64,000 nt of DNA from Actinomycetota bacterium (GTDB taxonomy: Bacteria; Actinomycetota; Geothermincolia; Geothermincolales; RBG-13-55-18), in assembly GCA_013178005.1 (NCBI GenBank), contig JABLXL010000002.1, positions 15,220-79,219 of the forward strand, in the 5' to 3' direction. Below the pieces are notes generated by a model. That model was not told where the DNA came from, did no database searches, and saw nothing but the letters and a program-made list of their open reading frames with translations. Shown here one piece after another: positions 42,683 to 51,745 of this stretch; position 1 is the stretch's first letter, and every line of letters begins with the position of its first letter. The translations under genes and the position numbers were made by a program.

Positions 42683-43625
42683 GCCGGACGCCGTGACCGG
42701 GGTGGTCTTCAACCTGCAGCGGTATTCCACCGAGGACGGCCCCGGCATCCGCACCACCGTTTTCCTCAAGGGATGCCCCATGCGCTGTCCCTGGTGCCAT
42801 AACCCGGAAGGCCTGGCGAGGGACCCCCAGTTGGTCTGGTACGAGGTGCGCTGCATAGGAGCGCACGACTGTCTGGCCGCCTGCCCGCGCGGGGCCCTGA
42901 CCCTAACCCCCGAGGGCATGGTGATCGACAGGGAGCGCTGCGACGCCTGCGGGAGGTGCGAGGAGGCCTGTCCCGCCGCCGCCCTGGAGGTCATCGGAAA
43001 GGTGAGGACGGTTGAGGACGTGGCGGCCGAGGCGTTGAGGGACCGCGTCTTCTACGAAAAGTCGGGGGGAGGGGTGACCCTCTCCGGGGGGGAGCCCGCG
43101 CTGCAGTTCGACTTCGCCCTCTCGCTCATGCGCAAGCTGCGCGACGAGGGGGTGCACCTGGCCCTGGACACCTGCGGCGGGGTGAGCTGGGAGAGGCTGG
43201 GGCCCCTGGTGGAGCTCGCGGACCTGGTGCTGTTCGACCTCAAGGTCATGGACGCGGAAAAGCACCGCGCCTACACCGCGGTCCCGCTAGCGCTGGTGCT
43301 GGACAACGCGCGCGCCGTGTCCCGCGCCGGAAAACCGATGTGGGTACGCACCCCGATCATCCCCGGGTACACCGACGGCGAGGAGAACGTGAGGGCCATA
43401 GCCCGCTTCATCAGGGACGAGCTTCCCGCCGTGGAGAGGTACGACCTGCTTGCCTTCAACAACACCTGCGACGCCAAGTACCGGCGCCTGGACATGGTCT
43501 TTCCCCTCGCCGGGGAGGGGCTGATAGCGGAGGACTGGATGGCCCGGCTTGCCGAGGCGGCCGAGGACGAGGGTCTGAGCATCGCCCGCTGGTCGGGGGC
43601 GACGGCGAGGGCGAAGGGGGGATGA
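42672..43625 (+). CDS. Glycyl-radical enzyme activating protein
   Basis: DGPGIRTTVFLKGCPMRCPWCHNPE, a ferredoxin-like insert and SGGE; overlaps the GRE stop codon. Confidence 0.93.
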   Translation: MSSEPDAVTGVVFNLQRYSTEDGPGIRTTVFLKGCPMRCPWCHNPEGLARDPQLVWYEVRCIGAHDCLAACPRGALTLTPEGMVIDRERCDACGRCEEACPAAALEVIGKVRTVEDVAAEALRDRVFYEKSGGGVTLSGGEPALQFDFALSLMRKLRDEGVHLALDTCGGVSWERLGPLVELADLVLFDLKVMDAEKHRAYTAVPLALVLDNARAVSRAGKPMWVRTPIIPGYTDGEENVRAIARFIRDELPAVERYDLLAFNNTCDAKYRRLDMVFPLAGEGLIAEDWMARLAEAAEDEGLSIARWSGATARAKGG

Positions 43626-43628
43626 GGG

Positions 43629-44423
43629 ATGGAGATGCCCAAGGAGGTCCTGGACCTGTTCGCGGAGGAGATGGCCGCGAAGTTCCTTGCCACCGTGGAT
43701 CCCGAGGGAAAGCCCAACGTGGCCCTGATCGTGACCCTGCAGCCTCCGCCGGACGGCAGGCGCGACAGGCTCATCTTCGGTGAGTTCCTGATGTGGAAGA
43801 GCAAGGAGTACCTGCGGGATAACCCCAGGGTGGCCGCGGCGGTGGTGAACACCAAGCTGCGCATGGCCTCCCTCACCGGCGACTTCCGGGGTTTCGAGAA
43901 GACCGGTCTCTACAAGGACGCCCTTGATTCCTCTCCTCTCATGCGCTACAACGCCTATTCCGGAGTGAGGGCCGCCGGGGTGATCGACGTGCGCGAGGTG
44001 TGGCCGGCGCGCTCCGCGTCCATGGCCGCGGTGCCCCTCGACTTCCTTCGCGTGAGGGCGCACCGGCGGGTGGAGGAAAACGGCTCGGTGCCCGTTCCGC
44101 CCATGGTGCGGGAGAAGTTCGTCAAGCTCACCTCGGTGAAGGCGCTGGCGGTCATGGGCGATGACGGTTACCCCCGCATATACCCGGTCATGGCGGCCTC
44201 GCCGGCGGGGAGGGGGGGATTCGCCCTACGCGTGACCTCGTACAATCGCGAGCTCGCCCAGGTGGAGGTCCCGTGTCCGGCGGCGCTTTGCGTGCTCACC
44301 TTCGACGTCAAAAGCTACAAGGTTAAGGGCGAACTCCATCCCCTAGGCCGCAGCACGATGCTCTTCCGCGTCAAGGAGGTCTATAACGCCATGCCTCCCC
44401 TGGCCGGAGACCTCATCGTATAG
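43629..44423 (+). CDS. Pyridoxamine-5'-phosphate-oxidase-like (FMN split-barrel) protein with two tandem barrels
   Basis: KFLATVDPEGKPNV...NPRVA and a second repeat VKALAVMGDDGYP...SYKVKG; starts 3 bp after the activase stop. Confidence 0.7.
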   Translation: MEMPKEVLDLFAEEMAAKFLATVDPEGKPNVALIVTLQPPPDGRRDRLIFGEFLMWKSKEYLRDNPRVAAAVVNTKLRMASLTGDFRGFEKTGLYKDALDSSPLMRYNAYSGVRAAGVIDVREVWPARSASMAAVPLDFLRVRAHRRVEENGSVPVPPMVREKFVKLTSVKALAVMGDDGYPRIYPVMAASPAGRGGFALRVTSYNRELAQVEVPCPAALCVLTFDVKSYKVKGELHPLGRSTMLFRVKEVYNAMPPLAGDLIV

Positions 44424-44544
44424 AGACACGACTCTCCCCAAGGCCTCCCTTTTTCCGCCAGGTCAAGCGTCGATATGTTGCTCGCTCTTGCCCGCTTCTT
44501 CCGGAAAAGCAAGCAACAAGCGAAGACGCGGACATATTTCGCTT

Positions 44545-45630
44545 TCAGTAATTGCCGAGGAGGCTGAAGCCGGGAAGGTTGAAGGGGAACTTGGCTCCCC
44601 GCTTCACTCCCAGGGCCACCATCTTCGCCAGGCGCTGCGGCCCGATCAGCCTGAGTTGAGACTCGAGCAGGCTGACCTGGGGCCTGATCTTGTACCAGAC
44701 GTGTTTTTTAAAAAGGAAACCCGCCTTGAAGCCGCGGTTGAAGCGCTCGAAGTCCTCAAGCGCCTTCGCCCGGTCATATACGGCCATGGCCGCGACCTTG
44801 CCCGAGACCAGCGCGCCGAGGATGCCGAACCAGAAGAAGGGGTCCATGGCGCCGCTGATGGTGCCGCATAGGATGAGATCGCGGTGGAAGAGGCGGGGGT
44901 TGTCGGGGGCCGCGATGGGCACGGCGCCGGAGACGTAGCGCCATTCCCGGTGCTCCACCCCCTCGTGGTGGACCATGAAGTCGCTGTATTTCCTGAGAGC
45001 CGCCCGGTCTATGGGGCGAATGGAGAAGAGGAGGTCGAAGTAGAAGTTATTGCACGAGCTGAGGTAGCCGTATTCGCTGATGACCTCGTCTATCCAGATC
45101 CAGGAGATGTTGCTGAAGCCTATCTCGCCGCGGGATATCCAGCCGTACCAGCGCAGGTAGGGGATGTCCAGCATCTCGTAGACGCTGGGGGTGAGCCCGC
45201 AGGCCACGATGGTGTTCTCGGGCAGGTTGGGTAGGTCTTCCTTCCTCAACGGGGAGTCGAACTCGAACTCCACGCCCAGCTTGACCGCCTCGTCGTAGAG
45301 CAGGGTGTCCAGGCTGGTGGGCCGGTTCCCCCTTTCCACCGTGTACATGTCCAGTTCATCCACGGGGGCCTCCAGCACCGTCTCGTGGAAGTAGAACGGG
45401 CAGCGCGCCAGCCGGTGGAAGACGGAGGAGAGGTCGATACCCACGTATTCCGAGGTGCGCTCCACGTCGATGCCGGTGGTGTGGGTGGAGGGGTTGTAGA
45501 TTGAATCGCCCCCGTACCCCTTCTCCCTGTCGTGCACCACCACGCCGTAGCCCTTGCGCGCCAGGTCGATGGCGGCCACCAAGCCGGACATGCCTGCGCC
45601 GTAGATGGTGACGTCCGCTTTGCTCGCCAA
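44545..45630 (-). CDS. FAD/NAD(P)-dependent oxidoreductase (geranylgeranyl-reductase-like)
   Basis: IYGAGMSGL and LCGTISGAMDPFFWFGILGALVSG motifs; TTG start after GGAGGA. Confidence 0.75.
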   Translation of the reverse strand: MASKADVTIYGAGMSGLVAAIDLARKGYGVVVHDREKGYGGDSIYNPSTHTTGIDVERTSEYVGIDLSSVFHRLARCPFYFHETVLEAPVDELDMYTVERGNRPTSLDTLLYDEAVKLGVEFEFDSPLRKEDLPNLPENTIVACGLTPSVYEMLDIPYLRWYGWISRGEIGFSNISWIWIDEVISEYGYLSSCNNFYFDLLFSIRPIDRAALRKYSDFMVHHEGVEHREWRYVSGAVPIAAPDNPRLFHRDLILCGTISGAMDPFFWFGILGALVSGKVAAMAVYDRAKALEDFERFNRGFKAGFLFKKHVWYKIRPQVSLLESQLRLIGPQRLAKMVALGVKRGAKFPFNLPGFSLLGNY

Positions 45631-45715
45631 GTCTTCCTCCTTTCCCTTGCCCCTCCCGGACGCGGCGTCGCACGCCGTACACATATTAACATTTATGTAT
45701 CCCTGGGGGCAGCGC

Positions 45716-45903
45716 TAAGAATAGGGTCGTAAGAATAGGGTCGTATCTTGAATTTTTCCTCGCTCTGCTTAAGCGTGGCTCTTCGCCGCAAAGCGTTGGC
45801 AATACGCTTCGACTCCTAAGAATGGGGTCGTATCTTGAATTTTTCCTCGCTCTGCTTAAGCGTGGCTCTTCGCCGCAAAGCGTTGGCAATACGCTTCGAC
45901 TCC
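45716..45903. repeat. Two 87-bp tandem units plus a partial copy, carrying the same core as the 4477-4810 repeat
   Basis: TAAGAATRGGGTCGTATCTTGAATTTTTC... at 45730 and 45817; partial copy at 45716. Confidence 0.9.
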
Positions 45904-46024
45904 TGTTTTCAACCCGTGCCTGGAGCTCAACCACCGGTTATTTCTCGGCCAGCGTCGAGCCCGTCCGTCTTTTCCGCCCGCATTCCCGGGAGAAGAACCA
46001 AAATCCTTAATATGTCCGTCTGTC

Positions 46025-46390
46025 GCTCATCTGCTAAACACAACAGAAAAACAGCCTTATGACCGCTTGCATTGGCCGATGGCCCTGGCCTCCAGTCCTC
46101 AGGCCGATGGCCAGCCTTGACCCCGAGGCCTACTGCTCAGCTGCTTAACACACCAGAAAAAGCGGCCTTATAACCGCTTTAATTGGCCGATAGCCCCGGC
46201 CACCAGTCCTCAGGCCTATGGCCAGCCTTGACCCCGAGGCCTACTCAGGCCTATGGCCAGCCTTGACCCCGAGGCCTACTGCTCAGCTGCTTAACACACC
46301 AGAAAAAGCGGCCTTATAACCGCTTTAATTGGCCGATAGCCCCGGCCACCAGTCCTCAGGCCTATGGCCAGCCCCGACCCCCAGGCCTAA
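46025..46390. repeat. About 110-bp tandem repeat (three full units and one 35-bp partial)
   Basis: Units at 46025, 46135 and 46281, partial at 46246; units 2 and 3 contain the hairpin AAAGCGG-CCTTATAA-CCGCTTT. Confidence 0.9.
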
Positions 46391-46586
46391 GGCCCGAGGC
46401 GGGGAAGGGGGGAAGAGGGGTATATAATCTTTGCGGGGCCGGTGTGGGCTTGCGCGCCTTGCGGTGGGAGCATGGCGATCTCACCGGAGGCCTGCGGGGT
46501 TGAGAGCAACGGGGAAAGGGCGCGGACGCGACCCCCCGTACGCAGCCGCTGGTCGTGACGGTCAAGATAGAGAGGAGGAAGATACC

Positions 46587-47774
46587 CTGGAGGAGAAGGA
46601 GGGATACCGGCTTTCCAGGCCGCGCGCCAGGCGCGGGTTGGAGGAGGAGATCGCGCGTTTCTCCCTCGGTTATGCGCTCGGCGAGCGGGAGGGGTTGGTG
46701 GGTGTCTCCGCGAGGGGCCGGTTCCACGGGGACGTGGACGTGGCCTCCGTGAAGGCAGGCATATTCTCCGGGTCCATCGCGCCCGGCGACGAGGTTGAGG
46801 GTGAGGCCGTCGCCTCCGCCTACGCGGCGGTGTACATGCCGCGCGCGCATTATCCTCAGTACGTGCTGGGGGAGATGCGCGCCGCCCTCAGGCGCGGGGA
46901 AAGGGAGCCCGCGGCATCCCCGCATTTTCTTCCCGTCAGCAGGTTGCCCGCGTACCCGGATGGACGCAGGGCGTGTTTCCTTTATCCCCTTGGGAAAAAG
47001 GCATTCGACCGGCCGGATTTTCCCGCACACGTAAGGGACGTGCTTACCAGGGATTACCAGCGTCTACCGGTCCTCGTCCCTCCTGGCGTCGATATGCCGT
47101 CGGGTAGGGTGCGCTTTCGCGGCCGGCTCCTGCAGGTGGGGCGGGAGGTCGCCCACCGCCTGGCGGGGCTGGGTGACCGCTCCTACGAGTCCTATTCCTT
47201 GCGGGGGATGGTTGCCTTTCTTGAGCCATCCTGGATCGGGGAGGTGGACGGCGGCGTTTCCCTGCGCGGTTCCCTCTTCGCCGAGGCCTCCCTCCCGGTG
47301 GAAGTGTCATGGGATGAGGCGGCGGGCGCGCTGGAGAAGGCGGTGCGCATGTCGGTGGAGGGGGTGTTCCCGCCCTGCGAACGGGAAGACGAGCCGAGGG
47401 CCGATTGCGCGCTTCCCCACGGCGGCTACCACGTCACGCGTTTCCGCAGGCGCCTTTTCGCCGTGGTCTACGACCCGGTGATCGCGGTGTTTCGCGCGCC
47501 GCGCCTCCTGGGCATCTACCTCCCCTGCGACCTGCCGCGGGAGGAGGACGCGGCCGAGGCTTCGTTCGCGGCCTTCCTGGCGCGGTTGCGTTCGGCGCTC
47601 GAGGAGGGGCTGGGCCTTGCCGAGCCGGTGCAGGTGGAGATGGCCCACGACAACACCCTTTCCTGGGCCCGCGAGGGAGGAGCGCTGCGTGGCCCAGAAT
47701 TCGCGCGGGCAGAGGAAGAGCACGCCTTCCTCGCCCCCACCCTGCGCTGGCTACGCGGCGAACCGCTGCAATAG
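46587..47774 (+). CDS. Hypothetical protein
   Basis: Long ORF with plausible composition; GAGGAGG lies 8 nt before a CTG at 46587. No family recognised. Confidence 0.6.
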   Translation: MEEKEGYRLSRPRARRGLEEEIARFSLGYALGEREGLVGVSARGRFHGDVDVASVKAGIFSGSIAPGDEVEGEAVASAYAAVYMPRAHYPQYVLGEMRAALRRGEREPAASPHFLPVSRLPAYPDGRRACFLYPLGKKAFDRPDFPAHVRDVLTRDYQRLPVLVPPGVDMPSGRVRFRGRLLQVGREVAHRLAGLGDRSYESYSLRGMVAFLEPSWIGEVDGGVSLRGSLFAEASLPVEVSWDEAAGALEKAVRMSVEGVFPPCEREDEPRADCALPHGGYHVTRFRRRLFAVVYDPVIAVFRAPRLLGIYLPCDLPREEDAAEASFAAFLARLRSALEEGLGLAEPVQVEMAHDNTLSWAREGGALRGPEFARAEEEHAFLAPTLRWLRGEPLQ

Positions 47775-47983
47775 CGACCGAACACTAGAGCCTGGATGTG
47801 CGCCAATTCCCGTTGAAAACCGTCTTGCACTGTGGCTCGAAACCCTTATGCTCGATGGCCATACCGGAAACGGCGGAAAGGGTTTCGGCGCCGAGAGTAT
47901 GGCATGTTCACGGGGTACATGTCGTGGGATAACCGTCCGTCGGCGTTCGCGGTTCGCGCTGGCGATCAGCGGCCGGCAAGGGA

Positions 47984-48865
47984 CTATTGGTCAGAGCCCC
48001 GGTCGTCCCTTTTTCTCTTTTTTTCGGGGACGACGAACACGCCGCCCTCGGGGTGACCCTCTCGGGCCTCCCAGAGCTGGATGGAATCGGTGGGGCAGGC
48101 GGCGGCGCATTCGCCGCAGTTGGTGCACTTCTCGTAGTCTATAGAGGCGAAGCCGTTGCTCACGTGGATGGCGTCGGCGGGGCACACCTTCTCGCATTTC
48201 TTGCAACCGATGCAGGCCACCTTGCATACGCTCAAGGCCTTCTTTCCCGTGTACTGGCACTTGCAGCGCACGAATACGGTGGCTGACGCGGGCACCATCT
48301 GGATCAGGTCGCGTGGGCACACGTCTGCGCACAGCCCGCATCCGGTGCATTTCCTCACGTTGACGTGCCTTATGTGCTCCTCGTCGAAGGTGATGGCGTT
48401 GACGGGGCACACGTTCGCGCAGTCCTCCAGCCCGAGGCACCCGAAGGGGCATGCCTTGCCTCCGCCGGAGGCGATCTCGGCCGCGCGGCATGAGTTCACG
48501 CCCTGGTAAATGGCGCGGATGGGCGAGAGAGACTTTCCGCCCCGGCAGTGGATATGGGCCACCAGGGGCACGAGGGAGCCGACCTCGACCCCCATGATCC
48601 TCCCCACCTCCGCGGCCACGTCCGGCCCTCCCGCCTTGCATACGGTGACGGGGGCATCGCCTTTCACCACCGCCTCGGCGGCCGCCTCGCAGCCGGGGAG
48701 GCCGCACGCTCCGCAGTTGGAGCCCGGCAAGGCCTCCAGTACCTCGGCTACACGCGGATCCACCTCCACGTGAAAGCGTTTCGAGGCCACGGCGAGGATG
48801 GCTCCCAGCAGGGCCCCGAAGCCCGAGAGGGCTATGGCCGCTTTCCAGATCAGGGACCAGTCCAT
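47984..48865 (-). CDS. rnfB: Rnf complex subunit B
   Basis: LPGSNCGACGLPGC plus several CxxCxxCxxxCP ferredoxin motifs. Confidence 0.92.
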   Translation of the reverse strand: MDWSLIWKAAIALSGFGALLGAILAVASKRFHVEVDPRVAEVLEALPGSNCGACGLPGCEAAAEAVVKGDAPVTVCKAGGPDVAAEVGRIMGVEVGSLVPLVAHIHCRGGKSLSPIRAIYQGVNSCRAAEIASGGGKACPFGCLGLEDCANVCPVNAITFDEEHIRHVNVRKCTGCGLCADVCPRDLIQMVPASATVFVRCKCQYTGKKALSVCKVACIGCKKCEKVCPADAIHVSNGFASIDYEKCTNCGECAAACPTDSIQLWEAREGHPEGGVFVVPEKKRKRDDRGSDQ

Positions 48866-48887
48866 CCGTCGCTCCTTTATAGCTATC

Positions 48888-49511
48888 CTATAGTCCGAAC
48901 ATGCCTGCGAATCCCATGAAGGCCAGGGAGAAGAGGGCGGCAGCGATGAAGGCGATGGGCACGCCGCGGAAGAACTTGGGAACGGGCGCCAGGTCGAGGC
49001 GCTCGCGCATGGCGGCGAAGATGATGAGCACCAGGGAGAAGCCCACCGCCACCCCCAGGGTATAGACGACCGATTCCAGGAACCCGTAGTTATAGGCGAT
49101 GCTCAGCTTGGTGAAAAAGCCCGGCTTCACGCTCTCGGTGGCCGCGGCGAGCACGGCGCAGTTGGTGGTGATGAGGGGAAGGTAGATACCCATGGCCCGG
49201 TAGAGGGGTGGGCTGGTCTTCTTGATCACCATCTCCACGAACTGCACCAGACTGGCGATGACCAGGATGAAGGTGGGGATGTACAGGAACTGCCCCACCC
49301 CCAGGGGTTCCAGGGCGTAGTTCCATGCCAGCCAGCTCACCGAGGTGGCCATGACCATGACGAAGATGACGGAGATGCTCATACCCAGGGAGGTCTCCAG
49401 GCTGTTGGAGACCCCGAAGAAGGGGCAGAGGGCGATGAAGCGGATGAGCAGGATGTTGGCCACGATGGCGGCGCCGAAGAAGAGCAGGAAGTAACGCCAG
49501 GCCTCATGCAT
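48888..49511 (-). CDS. rnfA: Rnf complex subunit A
   Basis: ALCPFFGVS, GIYLPLITTNCAV and LAFMGF motifs. Confidence 0.93.
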   Translation of the reverse strand: MHEAWRYFLLFFGAAIVANILLIRFIALCPFFGVSNSLETSLGMSISVIFVMVMATSVSWLAWNYALEPLGVGQFLYIPTFILVIASLVQFVEMVIKKTSPPLYRAMGIYLPLITTNCAVLAAATESVKPGFFTKLSIAYNYGFLESVVYTLGVAVGFSLVLIIFAAMRERLDLAPVPKFFRGVPIAFIAAALFSLAFMGFAGMFGL

Positions 49512-49514
49512 CGC

Positions 49515-50144
49515 TCATCCCTCCTTGACTTCCGGCTTGCGGCGCTGCTGGTACCACTGCAGCAGCGCGGACAGCAGGGCGAAGGTTATGAACGCGCCCG
49601 GGAAGAGGATGAGGATCACCGGCATCTTGTCCGTCCCCAGGCTGATTATGGTCCGCTTGAACATCACGATCTTTCCGGTCCCGAAGAGCTCGCGGAACAC
49701 GCTCATGATAAGCAACACGCAGGTGTATCCCAAGCCTATGCCGAGGCCGTCCATGGTAGCATGCGCGACCTTGGCGCTGGAGGCGTAACCCTCCGCACGC
49801 GCCAGGATGATGCAGTTAACCACGATGAGGGGTATCCAAACCCCCAAACGTTCATATACGGCGGGTATGGTTTTCAAGGTGAGGTCCACGATGGTCACAA
49901 AGGAGGCGATGACCACAATGAAGATGGGGATGCGGACCTGGTCGGGTATGAAGTTCCTGATAAGGGAGATGATGATGTTGGAGCAGGTGAGCACGAAGAT
50001 GACCGCCATCCCCATGAAGATGCAGTTCTCCACCTTGGTGGAGATGGCCAGAGAGGAACATAAGCCCACCATCAGGACCAGGAGGGGATTGGTGGTGATG
50101 AAGCCCTTGATGAACTCGCCCCAGAGCGTCCTCTCCTTTTCCAT
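49515..50144 (-). CDS. rnfE: Rnf complex subunit E
   Basis: NPLL..GLC, VRIP, IPLIVVNCIILARAE and PGAF motifs. Confidence 0.93.
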   Translation of the reverse strand: MEKERTLWGEFIKGFITTNPLLVLMVGLCSSLAISTKVENCIFMGMAVIFVLTCSNIIISLIRNFIPDQVRIPIFIVVIASFVTIVDLTLKTIPAVYERLGVWIPLIVVNCIILARAEGYASSAKVAHATMDGLGIGLGYTCVLLIMSVFRELFGTGKIVMFKRTIISLGTDKMPVILILFPGAFITFALLSALLQWYQQRRKPEVKEG

Positions 50145-50156
50145 ATTCTTCCTCTC

Positions 50157-50720
50157 CTAGCTCCGCTCCTGCAGATGGCGCCAGATGTCCAGGGCCATAT
50201 TCACGCCGTTGGTGATGCCCCGCGAGGTGTAGGTGGCGCTGCTCACGCCGTCCACGTTCTCCCCCAGGGTGAGCGGGTCGGGGCCCTTGCCCTCGAACTG
50301 CCCCAGAAAACTCGGGTTCTCCGCCGCCACCGCTCCCAGACCGGGGGTCTCTTCGTTGGTGACCACCTTTATCCCCGTGACCTTGCCCTCAGCGTCGACG
50401 CCCACCGCCATGGTGATGAAGTTGTATCCCTTGCTTTTGAGCACGAAGGCGTAACCGATGACGTTGCCTGATTGATCGAGGCCTTCGAAGGCACCGCTCA
50501 GGTCGGGGAAGTCGCCCTGCAGGGACGATAACAGCTCGGGGTCCTCCTGCGGGCGCGCCTCGATGGACGAGAGCACTGTCTCGGCCGCCTCCGCCCGTTG
50601 CTTGTGCTCCTGTTCGTCGATGCGCTCCTTAACCACGGTGTAGGTGAAGCCCAGGCCCACCGCGGCCACCGCGCAAACCAGGAAAAGGCGAAGGCCAAGG
50701 TTCAATATAATCCTGGTCAT
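50157..50720 (-). CDS. rnfG: Rnf complex subunit G
   Basis: N-terminal TM, KGY, ETPGLG and the FMN site DGVSSATYTS; ATG at 50720 inside the longer track ORF. Confidence 0.9.
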   Translation of the reverse strand: MTRIILNLGLRLFLVCAVAAVGLGFTYTVVKERIDEQEHKQRAEAAETVLSSIEARPQEDPELLSSLQGDFPDLSGAFEGLDQSGNVIGYAFVLKSKGYNFITMAVGVDAEGKVTGIKVVTNEETPGLGAVAAENPSFLGQFEGKGPDPLTLGENVDGVSSATYTSRGITNGVNMALDIWRHLQERS

Positions 50721-51745
50721 GAGGAATGCACCTCCTTGGCCTCCCCAGCCGATCCATATCTTCTCGGCATGATGTAGCGGTCGATCAGCGGCACCAAGGC
50801 GTTCATGAAGAGGATGGCGAACATGACCCCCTCGGGGTTGTTGGACCAGAAGCGCAGCAACCAGGTGACCACCCCGAGTCCCACGCCATATACCACCTTG
50901 CCTCTCCGGGCCAGCGGGCTGGTGGTATAGTCCGTGGCCATGAAGATAGCCCCTATAAGCAAGCCTCCCGCCAGGGTGTAGAAGAGGGGATCGCGCCCGG
51001 TGATGGCGGTCAGCACCGCCACCGTGCCCACATACGTCACGGTTATCCTCCACCCGATGACCCTGGTGGCGAGGAGGTAGATGCCGCCCAGTATGAGCAA
51101 GAGCGCAGATACCTCGCCCAGGCAACCCCACGGGTTGGCGAGAAGCAGCGGCTTGTAGTAATTCGAGGCGAAAAGCCCCTGGGGAGCCTTGGCCGCGCCG
51201 TCGTAGATGTATTTCATGGCCGCGAGCGGCGAGGCGCCGTTCACGATGTCCACTGTCCCCTCGATGGCTTTGTGTGTCGCGGTGTTGGCGATGCCGATGG
51301 CGGCTGACTTGGCGTAACCCGTGGCGAAATAAGCCGGCCAGGAGACGAAGGCCACCGCGCGTCCCACCAGTGCGGGGTTGAAGATGTTGTGGCCGAGCCC
51401 GCCGAACATCTGTTTTCCGAGGATGGTTGCCGCCAGGCCCGCTATTCCCGCCACCCACCAGGGCAGCCTCGGGGGGAGGGTCAGGGCGAGCAGCAATCCG
51501 GTGAGGATGGCGCTGCAGTCGTCGAGGGTCACAGGGATGCGCCTTCCCTTCTGCATCACGAAGTCCCCGAGCGCCGCCCCGGCGATGGAAGCGGCGAGGA
51601 CCCACAGGGCTGACAGGCCGTGGATCACCAGCGCGTATATGGTCACCGGGGACAACGCGACGATGACGTGGCACATGATGCGGCGGGTGTTGATAGGGTC
51701 CCTGATATGGGGCGAGGTGGATACGATGAGCTTGTGCTCATTCAT
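50717..51745 (-). CDS. rnfD: Rnf complex subunit D
   Basis: SPH, KQMFGGLGHNIFNPA, GASPL, GE, FMATDY and PEGV motifs. Confidence 0.93.
   Translation of the reverse strand: MNEHKLIVSTSPHIRDPINTRRIMCHVIVALSPVTIYALVIHGLSALWVLAASIAGAALGDFVMQKGRRIPVTLDDCSAILTGLLLALTLPPRLPWWVAGIAGLAATILGKQMFGGLGHNIFNPALVGRAVAFVSWPAYFATGYAKSAAIGIANTATHKAIEGTVDIVNGASPLAAMKYIYDGAAKAPQGLFASNYYKPLLLANPWGCLGEVSALLLILGGIYLLATRVIGWRITVTYVGTVAVLTAITGRDPLFYTLAGGLLIGAIFMATDYTTSPLARRGKVVYGVGLGVVTWLLRFWSNNPEGVMFAILFMNALVPLIDRYIMPRRYGSAGEAKEVHSS

Noticed and set aside
40160..42994. Long antisense ORFs (944 aa here; also 4888-6729, 12672-14873, 15053-17209, 51378-53153 and 58734-60395)
   Set aside because: These are shadow frames opposite well-supported genes, typical of high-GC DNA, with no recognisable motifs.
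45716..46390. CRISPR array
   Set aside because: Whole 87-bp and 110-bp units are duplicated, with no unique spacers.
50157..51674. 505-aa RnfG
   Set aside because: The upstream part is off-frame over rnfD; RnfG begins at 50720.
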